64,000 nucleotides of DNA from Lama glama. Taxonomy: Eukaryota. The stretch lies in the NCBI GenBank assembly GCA_028534125.1, contig CM052828.1:54994001-55058000 (forward strand), written 5' to 3'. Below, one piece after another: positions 51,701 to 63,700 of this stretch. The translations under genes and the position numbers were made by a program. Each line of letters begins with the position of its first letter. The first letter of the stretch is position 1. The notes below the pieces were generated by a model, which saw only the letters and a list, made by a program, of their open reading frames with translations, did no database searches and was not told the DNA's origin.

Positions 51701-54700
51701 CTTTGATCTGTTAAAGTTATACTCCAATTTCTTTCTGTTGCTTGGAGTACCACGTCCTGTGTTGCCTAGAATCTGTAGAACAGGATGCTTTGGGATTTTC
51801 ATGCTTGAATATTTGGGGCTCAATTCTCTTTTCACATCTGCTATTGTTAATCTGCCTTTCTGACCTCCAAAATTGGAAGAAACTGGAATATCGGCATAAA
51901 ATGAATCCAGCATATGTTTTTGAAACATATTTTGTAGCTGAATGCTTTGTTTTGTGCAAGACACTTCTCGTTCCTTTTTATGTTTTTGTTTCCTTGGGTC
52001 GTGGTTTGCCATATGAGTGACGACCTGAGCCTTGATTTGCGGTTCCTCTGCCTTTAGAGATGCCATGCTCAGGTTTACTGTGTTGCTTGTGTCCATTTTT
52101 ATTTTCTCCTCCTCCAGATTGACGGTGGTGCGTTTGTGCATTTCTATTTTGTCCTCTTCCAGGTGGACGGCTATATTTGTGTCTATTTTTAATATCCCTT
52201 CTTTCATGTCTAATTTTTTTTGCTCCAGATTTATAGTTGTGCTTGTGGCAGTTTCATTTTTTTCCTCCAGATCACCAAACTGAGGTGGAAAGTTCCAGAA
52301 GGAAGAAAGAGACTTCTGAAGCGACTCTGGGTTGCGCTCCTTTTGTTCTGGAACAAACAATGCCTGACTTTTTTGCCCTTTTAGGGCATCAAACTCTGTA
52401 ATATCCATGTGCATTCTTGGTAGTACTTGTGCTCCAGGGTAGACTGTAGTTTGCTTATGCACATCTATTTCTAGCGGTGTCCTCTGCTTTCCATTTTGAA
52501 GTGGAATCTTCAGAGAAAGGCTAGAATCCACCCTGGTCTGCCGCCCACTCCCAGACCGCAGCACCATTTGCTTTTCCGTGACAATTTCTTGTTCTATATT
52601 CGGGGGGGCATTTGACTCTGTGATACTCATTTTCTCAACTGATTCCTTTGCCAGCACTTTGGGAGGGGACGTTTCGCTTATTTTTTCATTATTTTGTCCA
52701 TCTTCCTCTGGTTTATCAAATTTACATGAATCTGCAGATCCTGGAGACGCCTTTGATAAAGTCTCTTGTTGGTGGGCATCTTGCTCTGAAGCAGAAAATC
52801 CTTCTGAACTGACAGGGGTGCCACGCGTGGCACACATTTCCTTGGATATTTTCCTCGGCAGCGAAACTAAGTCCTGAGGACTTATTCTATGGCTCAGGCT
52901 ATTCATTATTTCCGTTTCATTCTTCAGACTTTCAATGTTAGTTAGATCTATCGCGGGGAAGGAAAGAAACGTAGTAAAATGTGCTGTTCTGTATTTTTCT
53001 CGCTGAGCCTCTTGCCCTGTGAAGAAATATTCCAGCCTTTTCCCACCTCTTATGGTACCAAGTCCTGTAAAATAGAGGCCCTCATGCTGTGAATTTAACT
53101 CACTCAGATCTCCTTCAGATTTGACTCGTGGAGGCTCCCTCCTTTGCTGGATGCTGATCATGAAGTTGGAGGTCCACTGTCGCTTGGCCTCTTCTCCTGG
53201 AACCGAGTGTTCAGCGTTCTTAACCAGTTCACTGTCGCCACTAACTGACTCTCTGATTGCTGTTTCCTGGGTGTCTGATGATTCTTGGAGATTTTGCTGT
53301 GGATAAGAGGATCCCGTGATTCCTGGCATATCTTTGTCCATTTTGCTCCCTGAATCTAGATAAAGAGGTGCTGACGGGATAGAAAGGAAAGTCCTTGTCA
53401 GAACCACACCTGGTTCATCTTTACCTTTGTGTACACGCCTCCCTGGCTCTTTAATAACATTCAACACAAATTCCTTTGTACCAAGGACATGTGAAATTGG
53501 GGAAAGTCTTCCCTCTTTGTGATGCATCCTGATCCGCATGTCTACTTTTTTCATGTCATACTTTTTTTCTTTCTCTGACGTGTGTTGTTTTCCAGTTCCT
53601 TTTGAATCTGCTCTCTTCTCTGCATCTGATAATGCTGAAAGCATCAGTGGAAGCAGGGAAGGTCTTTTAATTCCAAGTCTTTCTTCATCTACTTGTGTGC
53701 CTTTATCCAGTTTCAGCTTAATTAGAGGTCTGGAAACATACATTTTTCTTAACAGAGAGGATCTTTTAATTCCAAGCCCTCCTTCATCTACCTGTGTGCC
53801 TTTATCCAATTTCAGCTTAATTCGAGGTCTGGAAACAAGTATTTTTCTTTGCAAAGAGGATCTTTTCATTCCAGGCCCTTCTTCATCTACTTGTGTACCT
53901 TGATCCGATTTCAGCTCAGTAGGAGGTATGGAAACATACATTTTTCTTAGCATCATACTGGGCGGGTTACCTTGACCTTCCTGTTTCTTTGGCTCTATCC
54001 CTCTGATGTTCAGATGCAATTCTGTCCTATGGAGCACATATGAAGGAGGTATTCTCTTGGACTTCAAAGTTATCTCTGTGGTGTGTGTTGGACCCCTTGT
54101 ATCTACCGTTCTTTCCCTGACCCTCTCTTCTTTCTCAGGCATAGGTTGTTCCTCGTTTTGAACGTCTTTCGCGATATCACCACTAATTGACTGTGTACGC
54201 ACTATTTCCCCTGCATTTGATATTCTCGGCAAAACAGACCTTTCAAGTGCTAGCATTTCATCATCTACTTGTACTTCTTTATCCAAGCTGAGGGCAGGGA
54301 GAGATGGTAACCAAGTAGAAGATGTGGTGGGAACCATACCCGGTTCAGCTTTAGTTTCTTGCATCTCCTTTTCTTGATGTTTGGGGAACACGAGGTTTCC
54401 TCTTTCTGCTCCATCCTCTCCCTTGTTCTGGGACATATGTTGTTCTTCCTTTCGTGGACTGACCGCAGTATCACTAGCAATTGGCTCTACATGTACCACT
54501 TCCTCGGAACCTGGTGACTTCTGGAAGTTTACTGGGGGAAAAGAGGATCTTGGTAATATCGGCACGCTCTCTTCCTTGATGCTGGTATTTTCATGAGGGT
54601 GAAGGTGGGCAGGCCTAGAAATACAAGTCTCAGGCAGCGTTAGGTCACCTGGCTCCCGTTTAGCTCCCTGAACCTCTCCCTCTTGCTCTTTAGTTTTCCA

Positions 54701-57700
54701 CTGAAGCTCACTTGGATTGCATGTAAGCAAAACAAGCGATTCCTTTGCTTTCAAACCCGTATTATTGGGGTCCACGATAATATTCATATGCACACTTTCC
54801 TGTCTGTCCTCCTCCTCTTTCTGTAGCATGTGCTCTCTTATCTCTCTTACATCTTTTGCAAGTTCTCCATCAGTTGTTTCAGCATATTCTATTTTCATTG
54901 TGTGTGCTGATTCCTTGGACTGTGATTGTGGGAGAGGCAGTTTTGTAATTCTTATCACATACCCCTCTCCTTCCGCTGCATCGGATTTAAGACATGGTAG
55001 AGTAAGTAAAGAAGTACAAATGTTCTTCAGGTTTGTAACTAGTTCAGTGTCGTTTCTCTGTACCCTTCGCCCTTGCTCTTTAATTTTCCACCACGGTTTT
55101 TTGGTGTCAAGTAGATGTGAAAGCGGTGGCTCCTCTGCCTTCTGATCCAGAGAGAGAGAGACTGGGAGCACTCTGTCTTCAGTATCTGTTTTGAGTCTGT
55201 CTTCCTCTTTCAACATAAGTGACCTCGTATCTGCTTTTTGGCTTGGAATGAATGGATCATAAATCTTCAGTGGTGGAAAACAGGACTGTGTTATTCCTTC
55301 TGCGCCTTCCTCCTGGTTTGTGCTGGGGCCCCGCTGCAGGTCAGATAGAGAAGGTAAGGAAGCCCGGGTTTCCCTCAGAACCACCTCCTCCCCTCGCTCC
55401 TTGACATCCGGAGGCAGCCTGTCTCCACTGAGTAGATGGGTAAGTGCGGACGAGTGGGCTTCTAAAGTTGTTACTTGGGGGGATCGTCTGTCTCTCCCGC
55501 CTTTTGTTGTGACTCTGTCCTTTGCCTCTTTACATGGCGCGTGTCTGTTAGCTTTTATTATGACATTACATGAGCTGATACCCTGACTGGGATCTGCGTA
55601 TCTGACTCCCCCTGTACCTGATGACTCAGGGAGCTGTAACTGGGAAGGAGCGGATCCTGCGTCTGCTTTGGTTCCTGCATCCAGTCTATGGTGAGATGGA
55701 TAAGGCGAGGAAGGAGGAGCTTTTGCTGGAGCCACGTGCGGGTCCCCGCTTCTTCCCTGCTCCTGTTCCACTCTCTTCTTAGTGCTCGACTGTGGTTCCT
55801 TTCTCCTACTCCGGGCACCGGGCTCAGCAACACCGAATACGTGAGGAGGCGATGCTGTCCCTGCCTTGACGTCTGTGCCGTTGGGGCGCGTGGTCAGGGC
55901 TGCTGCTGGCACTCCGGCCTTTTCTTTCGGTGGTGGATGCGGTCTTCCTCCTTTTCTCCGGCTGTCAGCTGACTTTGTAGGTGCCGTCTGCACTGAAGAC
56001 AATGAGTCTTGGAGCTCGAGAGGTGACACGTAATTCCTTATTATTCCTGGTTCACCTTTCTCTTCTTTTATTGTGTCAAACTTCAGATGAGCTGAAGAAG
56101 TGACAAAAGGACAAATTTTGCTCAGAAGCACAACTGTGTGCTTGCTACCGTCCTGCCCCCTTCTCACTTGCTCTTTAATGTTGACTTGCAGTTTCTTCGC
56201 TCTGAGTACATGGAAAAGGGGTGATTTGTTTGCCTTCAAAGCTAAGCCTTTGGGATGCATTAGGTCTCTCTCAAAAATATTTGCTTCATTCTCTTCTCTC
56301 TGTGCCGTGTATTTTGTTCCCTTTGAATCTCTTGAGATACCATTTCCAGGTGACGTCGTATATTTTAATCTCTTTGTGTCTGATGATTCCTTGGGCCATG
56401 AGGATGGAAGGCAGGGTCTCACTACTCCTTGGCTCCCTTCCTTGCCTTCTGCAACTCTGTTTAACTTAAACTGAGGTAAACAAGGTCCTGCCAGAACGTC
56501 ATCTCGTTCACTTGTTCTGTCCTGTACGTGTCCCAGGTTTCCCCTTATGTTTGTCTGCATGTCTCTAATTTGGGGGCCACACCCCCCGGGGGAACTGGGA
56601 AAATGTGGAAGTGGTAGTAATATCTTTGCCTTGGGAGTGCTGCCTTTGCGGTATATTTTATATTTCATGTTTGCTATTTCCCCTCCGTCCTCCCCTCTCT
56701 GGGGCTTGTACTCTTGTACCGTTTTCACATCATCTGAGACATCATCTCCAGTTGAAGGAGCAGGTAGGGACGTACAGGTCAAAACCACACCTGGTCCACC
56801 TTTAATTCTCTGTGTATTTTTCTTTTGCTCTTTGATGTCCAACTGGATTTCCTGTGAAATTGGTGATTTATTTTTCTTCAAAGGTACGACTTTCGCCATT
56901 TTTACTCTCTCTTCTTCTTCCGTATCACCACAGGTAGACTCTTTATATGCTATTTTCCCTGTATCTGATGAGTCCTGGAGCTCTGGTTGTGGAAAGGGGG
57001 ATCTTGTTTTTCTTAGCACGACTGCTTCTTGTTTCCCTCCTGTGTCCACCTCAGAGTAAGGTGGAGAAGACACAGAGAGGCGCGGTCTTCTCTGAATCCC
57101 AACTTGTTCACCCGAATCTTCCTGCATCTTTTCCTCTTTTTCTTTGATGTTCAAGGGCAACTCCTGTGCAGTCGGAGACTGATTCGCCTTCAAAGCTATT
57201 CTTTTGTGAAGCCTTATTTCTTCTTTCATTTCCACTTTATCTTCGGTTTTCTGTGGCAAATATTTTGCTCTTTTTATGCTGCTTAAAATGTCACCCATTG
57301 GCTCCTCACATGTTATCATTGCATCTGATAATTCCTGGAGGGTCAGTGATGGAAAGCAGAGCCCTGTTACTCCTCGCATGTGTGCCTCTTCTTTTAATCC
57401 AGGACCCCATTCTAGGCGGGATGAAGAAGGAATGGAAACATGGGGCTTGTTCAGAACTACATCTAGACCACTTGTATCTCCCTGCATCATTTCCTCTTGT
57501 TCTTTGTTGTTCCACTGTGGTTCTTGTCCACGCGGTGTAAGCTTAAAAAGCTTTTTCTTTCTTCTAAAAGTGGCACATTTGCGGTGCACCATATCCTTCA
57601 TATACACAGTATCTTCTCCACCTTCCTTCTTTTTCTGTGGCAAATGTTGTTTTGATTCTATTATATCATTTAAACTATCCCTACTAATTGACTCTGGAAA

Positions 57701-60700
57701 TGATGTTTTTCTGATATTTGAGGATGCCTGGAACTTCAGTGGCGGAAGGCAGCTCCTTGGTATTCCTGACTTACCTTTTCCTACTTTTATTCTTGAATTC
57801 AAATTAGGATGTGACAGAGATGGTAAGGAAATCAGCACGTCTGTCAGTTTCACACCTGACTTACCTTTACCTGTTTGCACCTTGCTCTCTACTTTTACAG
57901 TGTTCAGCGGCACTGGCCATTCCTCTCCCTCGTGTGTGTGTGACAGTGATGATTTCTTTGCCTTCAAAATAACGTTGGGATCCATTATCCGTTTCATATT
58001 GACTCTTTTTATTCTATCCTTCTTTTTCTGAGATATATGGTGTTTTATTCCCTTTACGACATTTGAGATAATCTCATCAATTATCTTTTTATTCAATTTG
58101 AGGTAAGGTGAAAAAGGGATGAACTCATACGTATTTGTCACAACCAAATCAGGTCTGACCTTTTTATGTTTCATATTTACCATCTTCTCTTTTAGTTCCC
58201 ACTGCAGTTCTGGTCTGTTGCCTGGGGTTCTGTAGTTCGCAGTATTAAACGTATCTGAAGAGACTGATTTCTTAAACATCAAAGTTCTTTCGGGGCATAT
58301 TACGCCTTTCTTAAGTCCTTGTTTTATGTCACTCTTCTGTCTTTCACTCTCAGGCAAAAGAGGCAAATGGACAGAAAGAGAATGTAAAAACAATCCAGGT
58401 AGGCACACCTCTTTTTGTACCTTTTTTTGATATGCTTTGCATAATTGTGCCTTCTCTCTTCGCTTGGAGCTACCATGTGATACTGAATCAATTACCTGTG
58501 CCCCGTCTGATGCTTTCTTTCCTTTTGGAAATGAGACATCCTGATATTTTATATTTTCACTGAATGATTCTGAAGGCAGCATTGTATTTTGTCTTTTTGT
58601 TTGCCTTGGAGGAATCAAGGGCACAGCCCATTCCAGGCCATACTCACTTCCAGGGTTCAGATGAGCTTTAGAAATCAAGTCTGATCCTTTTGTCCTGCTC
58701 GACGTGTTGCCTGCTTCTGATAATGCTTCCTTGGCCGGAGGCACTAACTGCGGCAGGAACCAGGGATCATTCTGAGGGTAGGACCTATGCTCCAGAAAAT
58801 TCTGAGAGGGAACCAACAGGTGCTGCTGTGTTTGTTCCGCACTGGGTAAGTGTTGTCTCTTTTCACTTGTTTGAGTATATCCAACAGTAACATCCATTCC
58901 TTTTAATGCTCCCTTAGCCTGCGGAGTTGAATGTTCACAGTGCATCATATTGGTGTCATCCAGTTTTACTCGCTGCACTGAGGTACTAATGTGCAGTCGA
59001 CCTGCTGGCGAGTGAGACGCAGGCTTTAGAAGAGCCTCGTTCGTACGTTTTTGTTGCTGTAATCCCTTTCCTGTAATTAGCAAACCAGCTCCTTCTGCAC
59101 TTGGGGTGCCATGCATAGTGCTAGCTACTTCTTCCGAAGCTTGCTTTTTACATGGCATCTTACTTTGAAATACATCTCTCAAAGAGGGAGAAGCAAGATT
59201 TGGGCAAATATGTTGTATATATTCTGGTTGCTTTTCTTCTTTTCCTGAAAAAAGCAAGCCAATTCCTTCTGTATCTGAAGCGTGGTACTTTGCACTCTCT
59301 GCCTCCTTTAATGCTTTCTTTACCCTTGGCAATTTAACCTGGAGTCTATCCACCAAAGAATGAGAAGCAGATGGTGGTAGAGCCTTGCATGTACTTTCTT
59401 GTCGATGCTCTTTTCTTCCTCCGGTATGCAAATCAGTTCCTGCCGAGCCTGGAGTTGGAGCCACTGGAAAATATGTTTTGTTTGATGCTTTCTCTACCAT
59501 TGGGCTCAAAACTGTTGAACTCATTCCTTTGGCTGAGATTTCTTTCTTTAGCTTTTCAGTGTGGAGTTGATGCAATATGCAAGAAGACATGGATTCCAGA
59601 ATATTTTCTTTACTTTGTTTAGAACTATTTTGTTGCTCTGCCTTCTGTGTTTTGGAAAAGTTGATTTTCTGTCCATTTGATTCTAATAGAATATCAGTTC
59701 CCTCTGATTTCTCTTTTCTCCATGGATTTACAGTCAAACCTACAGGGATGCTAACGTGTTCTTTCCCTGTTGCATTGGCTGCCTCTTTTACCTGAAGAGG
59801 TTCCCCACTGGGGCAAGATACAGAATCCAGGATGCTTGCAGAAATGCAGTCTGGTTTCATCTCTCCTTTCTGCACTGCAGACATATTTTGCTGGACCTCT
59901 CCATGTGTACAAAGAAATTTATATCGTTTTGAACCTTGTAAGATAGCAGTTTCTTTTACTCCTTCTCTTCCAAATAGATGTGAAGCATGTCTTCTGTCAA
60001 GGTACGCATCTTCCTCAGCAACCTTTCCTGTGTTTTCTGAATGAGGAGTTTCCACAGTGGGGTAGGCGACAGGTTCCAGATGTGTCACTGAAATACTTCC
60101 TCGTTCCTGCCGTTCTTGCTCCTTGTGTGTCTTCTGTGGAGAAGCAGCCAACTCCGTAAGAAACAAAACATGTCCTTTTGGACTTAAGGAGATGTCCATT
60201 TTCCCTGATACCTCTCTCCCCTGTGGAGCTGAAGCTGAACGTCGGACCACATCTGCGTCACCTTCCTTTACTCTCCGTTCAGTGAGGAGTTCATGCTTTG
60301 TATGTGGTCTAATTCTTGAGATGTCAGACGCAGTGCGACTGAGTTCCCTCTTTTGTGAAGGGAGATCGCGGTAAACGTCTCTTTTCAAATTGACTGTGAA
60401 CTTGACACAGTCGGGCTCCTTCTTCACCTGCTGGCTAATCACCAGCTGGTACCTACGTTGTGGGGGAAGGTCTAGTAAAGCAGCTCGGTAGTTCTCCCCT
60501 TGCTCTCTAATGTACTGTTTCAGGGTTTTAATATTTCTTGACGTAGCACTCTTAACAAGGGACTGTGTTTGTCTTCTGTTTGGTGATTTCTCCAGCTTCA
60601 GCTGCGGAGGAATGTGTATCAATTTTTGTGGCCTGCCTTTCTCCCTTCTTACTTCCATAAACTCTTTCATTTGAGATGGAATAGATCCAGAGTCACAGAG

Positions 60701-63700
60701 AGTATTGAGAACTAACTCTGCCTCGGCTCTGCCTTGCTGGAACCTCTTCTTCTGTTTCTCGATGTTAAATCTCATCTTTTTCTCCAACTCTGCCTTTTCC
60801 TCTGTGATATGACCATTCAGATTTCTGTGAGGTGTTCTGTTGTTAAACAGATTATCCCTTACTGTTGTATTGAATGAGAGCTTATCGATCACTAGCTTGG
60901 ATGGTGAAATGTTAGCTTCCTCCGTGGCATGAAATAATGTCTGTCTCACGCTCCCGTTCCATTGCCTCTCATTTGTCTTGTGCTTAAATCTGTGCCTTTT
61001 CTTTCTATGGTTTCCTGTAAGACACCTTGCGGTATTCAGCAACTGTGAAACGAGTAGTCTCTTTGCCTCCAAAGTTACATACTTGGGACTCGCTGTACTT
61101 TTCTTTTCTACAAACTCTAATGCGTAACTCTGGCTTTGGGGTTCAGGTGAATAAAGGCTGGAGAAATCTAAAGGCTTTAAGATGGTTCTTACTAAGTCAC
61201 TTTGATTCCATGTCTTTCTCTGAGAAATAGGACTATCCCATTTCTTCCTAGGATTTCCATTCCAGAGACCACATTGTATGGAGCCAGTCTCTGATTTCCT
61301 AGCTTCTGGAAATGGAGTCTTTAGACCTACCATGTATTTTATTCTCTCTTGAGCATGAAGACTTTTCTTCAGTGTTTGTACTTGAATAAAATTCATGACA
61401 TTCCTAGAAACAGGCTCCAAAATAGATTCTCTAACATGTTTTTCTTGCCTCATATTTTGCACTGCGCAAGACGAACTCCAAGTGCTTCTGGCTTCTGAAC
61501 TATTCAGTTTAGATTCTGATTTGCAGGAGCCAAGATTTTTCAGATGGTAGGAAGTGAAATGGAAGTGTTGGCTCCAGCGTGGAACTGAGTCTGCTAACAC
61601 TTCTGGGATGTCTTTCTCTGCCTTTGCACGCTGCACAGTCATCTTCACTGCGTTGCTGGACTGGTTTTGTGTATCAGTCAGATTGGCCTCCCATGCCTCT
61701 CGGTCACACGGTGATTTCTCTGGCTCTGGATGGGTGCGGGTGTGTATTTGAACTCTTGGTTGATCTGTCTCTGGTTTTGGTGTGCCATCCATTTCAATAT
61801 CTAATTTGTTATATGTTGAAACCGGTGTGGGAGATGAAAATGCATCAGCTGTACTTTGATTTTGTTGCATGTTGTTTATCACAGATTTTAAATTGCATTC
61901 CTGTTCGTTTCTACTGTATAGATTACCGTGCTCAGTGATATTAAGCACCTGTGAACAAAGAGGTTTCGTTGCCTTCACGGTTACACATTTGGGACCCAAA
62001 AGATCTTTCCTTTCCAGATATTTTAATGCCCTTTTATGCCTTTTAGACTCAGCTAAGACAGACAGCATGGATATTATTAGCGAATCTCTTTGCAACTCTT
62101 TGTGTTTCTTGGCAACACGACCACCTGCTTTCCTTTTGGCGCTTTTATCACATGGATCTCCAAGCACTGACATTCCTGACTTGGGAGGTGGGATATTTTG
62201 ATCGGCTGTGTATTTTATTCCTTTTTGAGTTTTTATGTCTCCCTCTTCTCCTTCACACGGTAGGGAAACTGCACTGGAAACATCTGGCTTCTTTGTGGGG
62301 CTCCCAGCAGATGGACTACAATACTCTGCCTCCCCAGTGAAAAGACCATCAAATCTTGCTCGCCTGCTTTTCCGACATGCTGTCTTCTCACTCAGTCTAT
62401 GGAGTATGTCTTTTTGTGGTGGGACAGTCTTTGTCAGCTTCTCAGTTGGAAATGGAATTATCAGAGGAGAACAGAGAGACTCCAATATATTTTCTGAAGC
62501 CAGTATTTTTTGCTGCCCATCTTGCTCTGTGATAAGCATAATTTGATCTTTTCTACTTCCTGTCCTATTCAGGGGTCGAAGACCTGCTTCGAATAAAACT
62601 TCGTTGCCCTCTTTTTCTTTTTCCTGCTGCCATCTTGATTCTGGTGTGTCGCTTGAGGTGCTCCGTTTATTAGAGGAATATTTACACAGTCTTTTCCCTT
62701 CCTCTTGCTTTAGCTGTAAAAACGTGCTTTTTTCCCTAAATGGGCCTTTCTCTGCTTTCAGTTTTTCATGTGTTTTGATGGCAGGTGAAACAGGTGTAAG
62801 TGAAAACAAGGCATTCATAAATATATTTGACATACTTTGAGGTATTTCTTTGGCCACATCATCCAAGGTGTGGACCTGTTCCTTTCCACGGCTCAGGGCA
62901 CCAGACCTAGTGATGTTAATTGTCTTTAAAACCGGTGCCATCTGTGCTTTCTCAGTCCCAGACTCAGGGATTTGTGCTGCGTTTCTCCACCCTTTGATTT
63001 TAGATGAAGCTGGCCGGGAGCAACCAAAAGACTGTAGGCTTCTCACTTGTGAACCCGTCTGTAACCTCATCTTTCCCTCTGGCACAGAACTAGCAAGTTC
63101 CTTCCGAGGGCCTCTTCCAGATGGAAAGCCACTCTGTGCTATAACAATTAAAGATTCACTGATTGATTTCTCTGTCACTGGGGATGAAATCTTTAAACTC
63201 CCTGTATCTTTTAAGCCTCTCTGGGTTTTTGTTCTTTTTGGTAGCTTCTGAAATGGCAGTAAATTCAAAACAGAGCAGGAAACAGAATGCGACACATTTT
63301 GCATGAAACGCGCATGTTGCTGCAGCTCCTGAGCTATGGTAAGTGACTCTGGGGTTATTTTCCTTGCTGAATTCTTCCGTTCTAGGTCTGATTTCACAAA
63401 GTGAGGCTCCTCCTTTTTATGAGCATGAACAGTGAAGTGTTGAGAATTCCGTGGGGCTGCTTCTCCGCCGTAGTCTTTGACTTCCTCCCCGACCTTTGCA
63501 GCCCAGACCCTCTTCTCCCTGGAATGGGCCCCCCAGGCTCCCTCTCCGCCTGGTGACTGCCCTCGCTCTTGCAGCTCATGACTGAATTTCCTCTTCCATG
63601 GCCTCCCCGTCTCTATTTTTATTCTATTATGCTCTTCCACGTCAAGTGAAACAGGCATGGAGGAGGAAATGGCATTGAGGATGACATCTGCCACAGACTG

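Noticed and set aside
53655-53952. Regularly spaced repeats considered as a CRISPR-like array
   Set aside because: Head-to-tail coding repeats without unique spacers, in a mammalian exon.
49896-63251. Many plus-strand ORFs (up to 251 aa) overlapping CCDC168
   Set aside because: These are antisense shadows of the long minus-strand frame: F/S/L-rich complements of K/E-rich codons, with no recognisable protein or splice structure.
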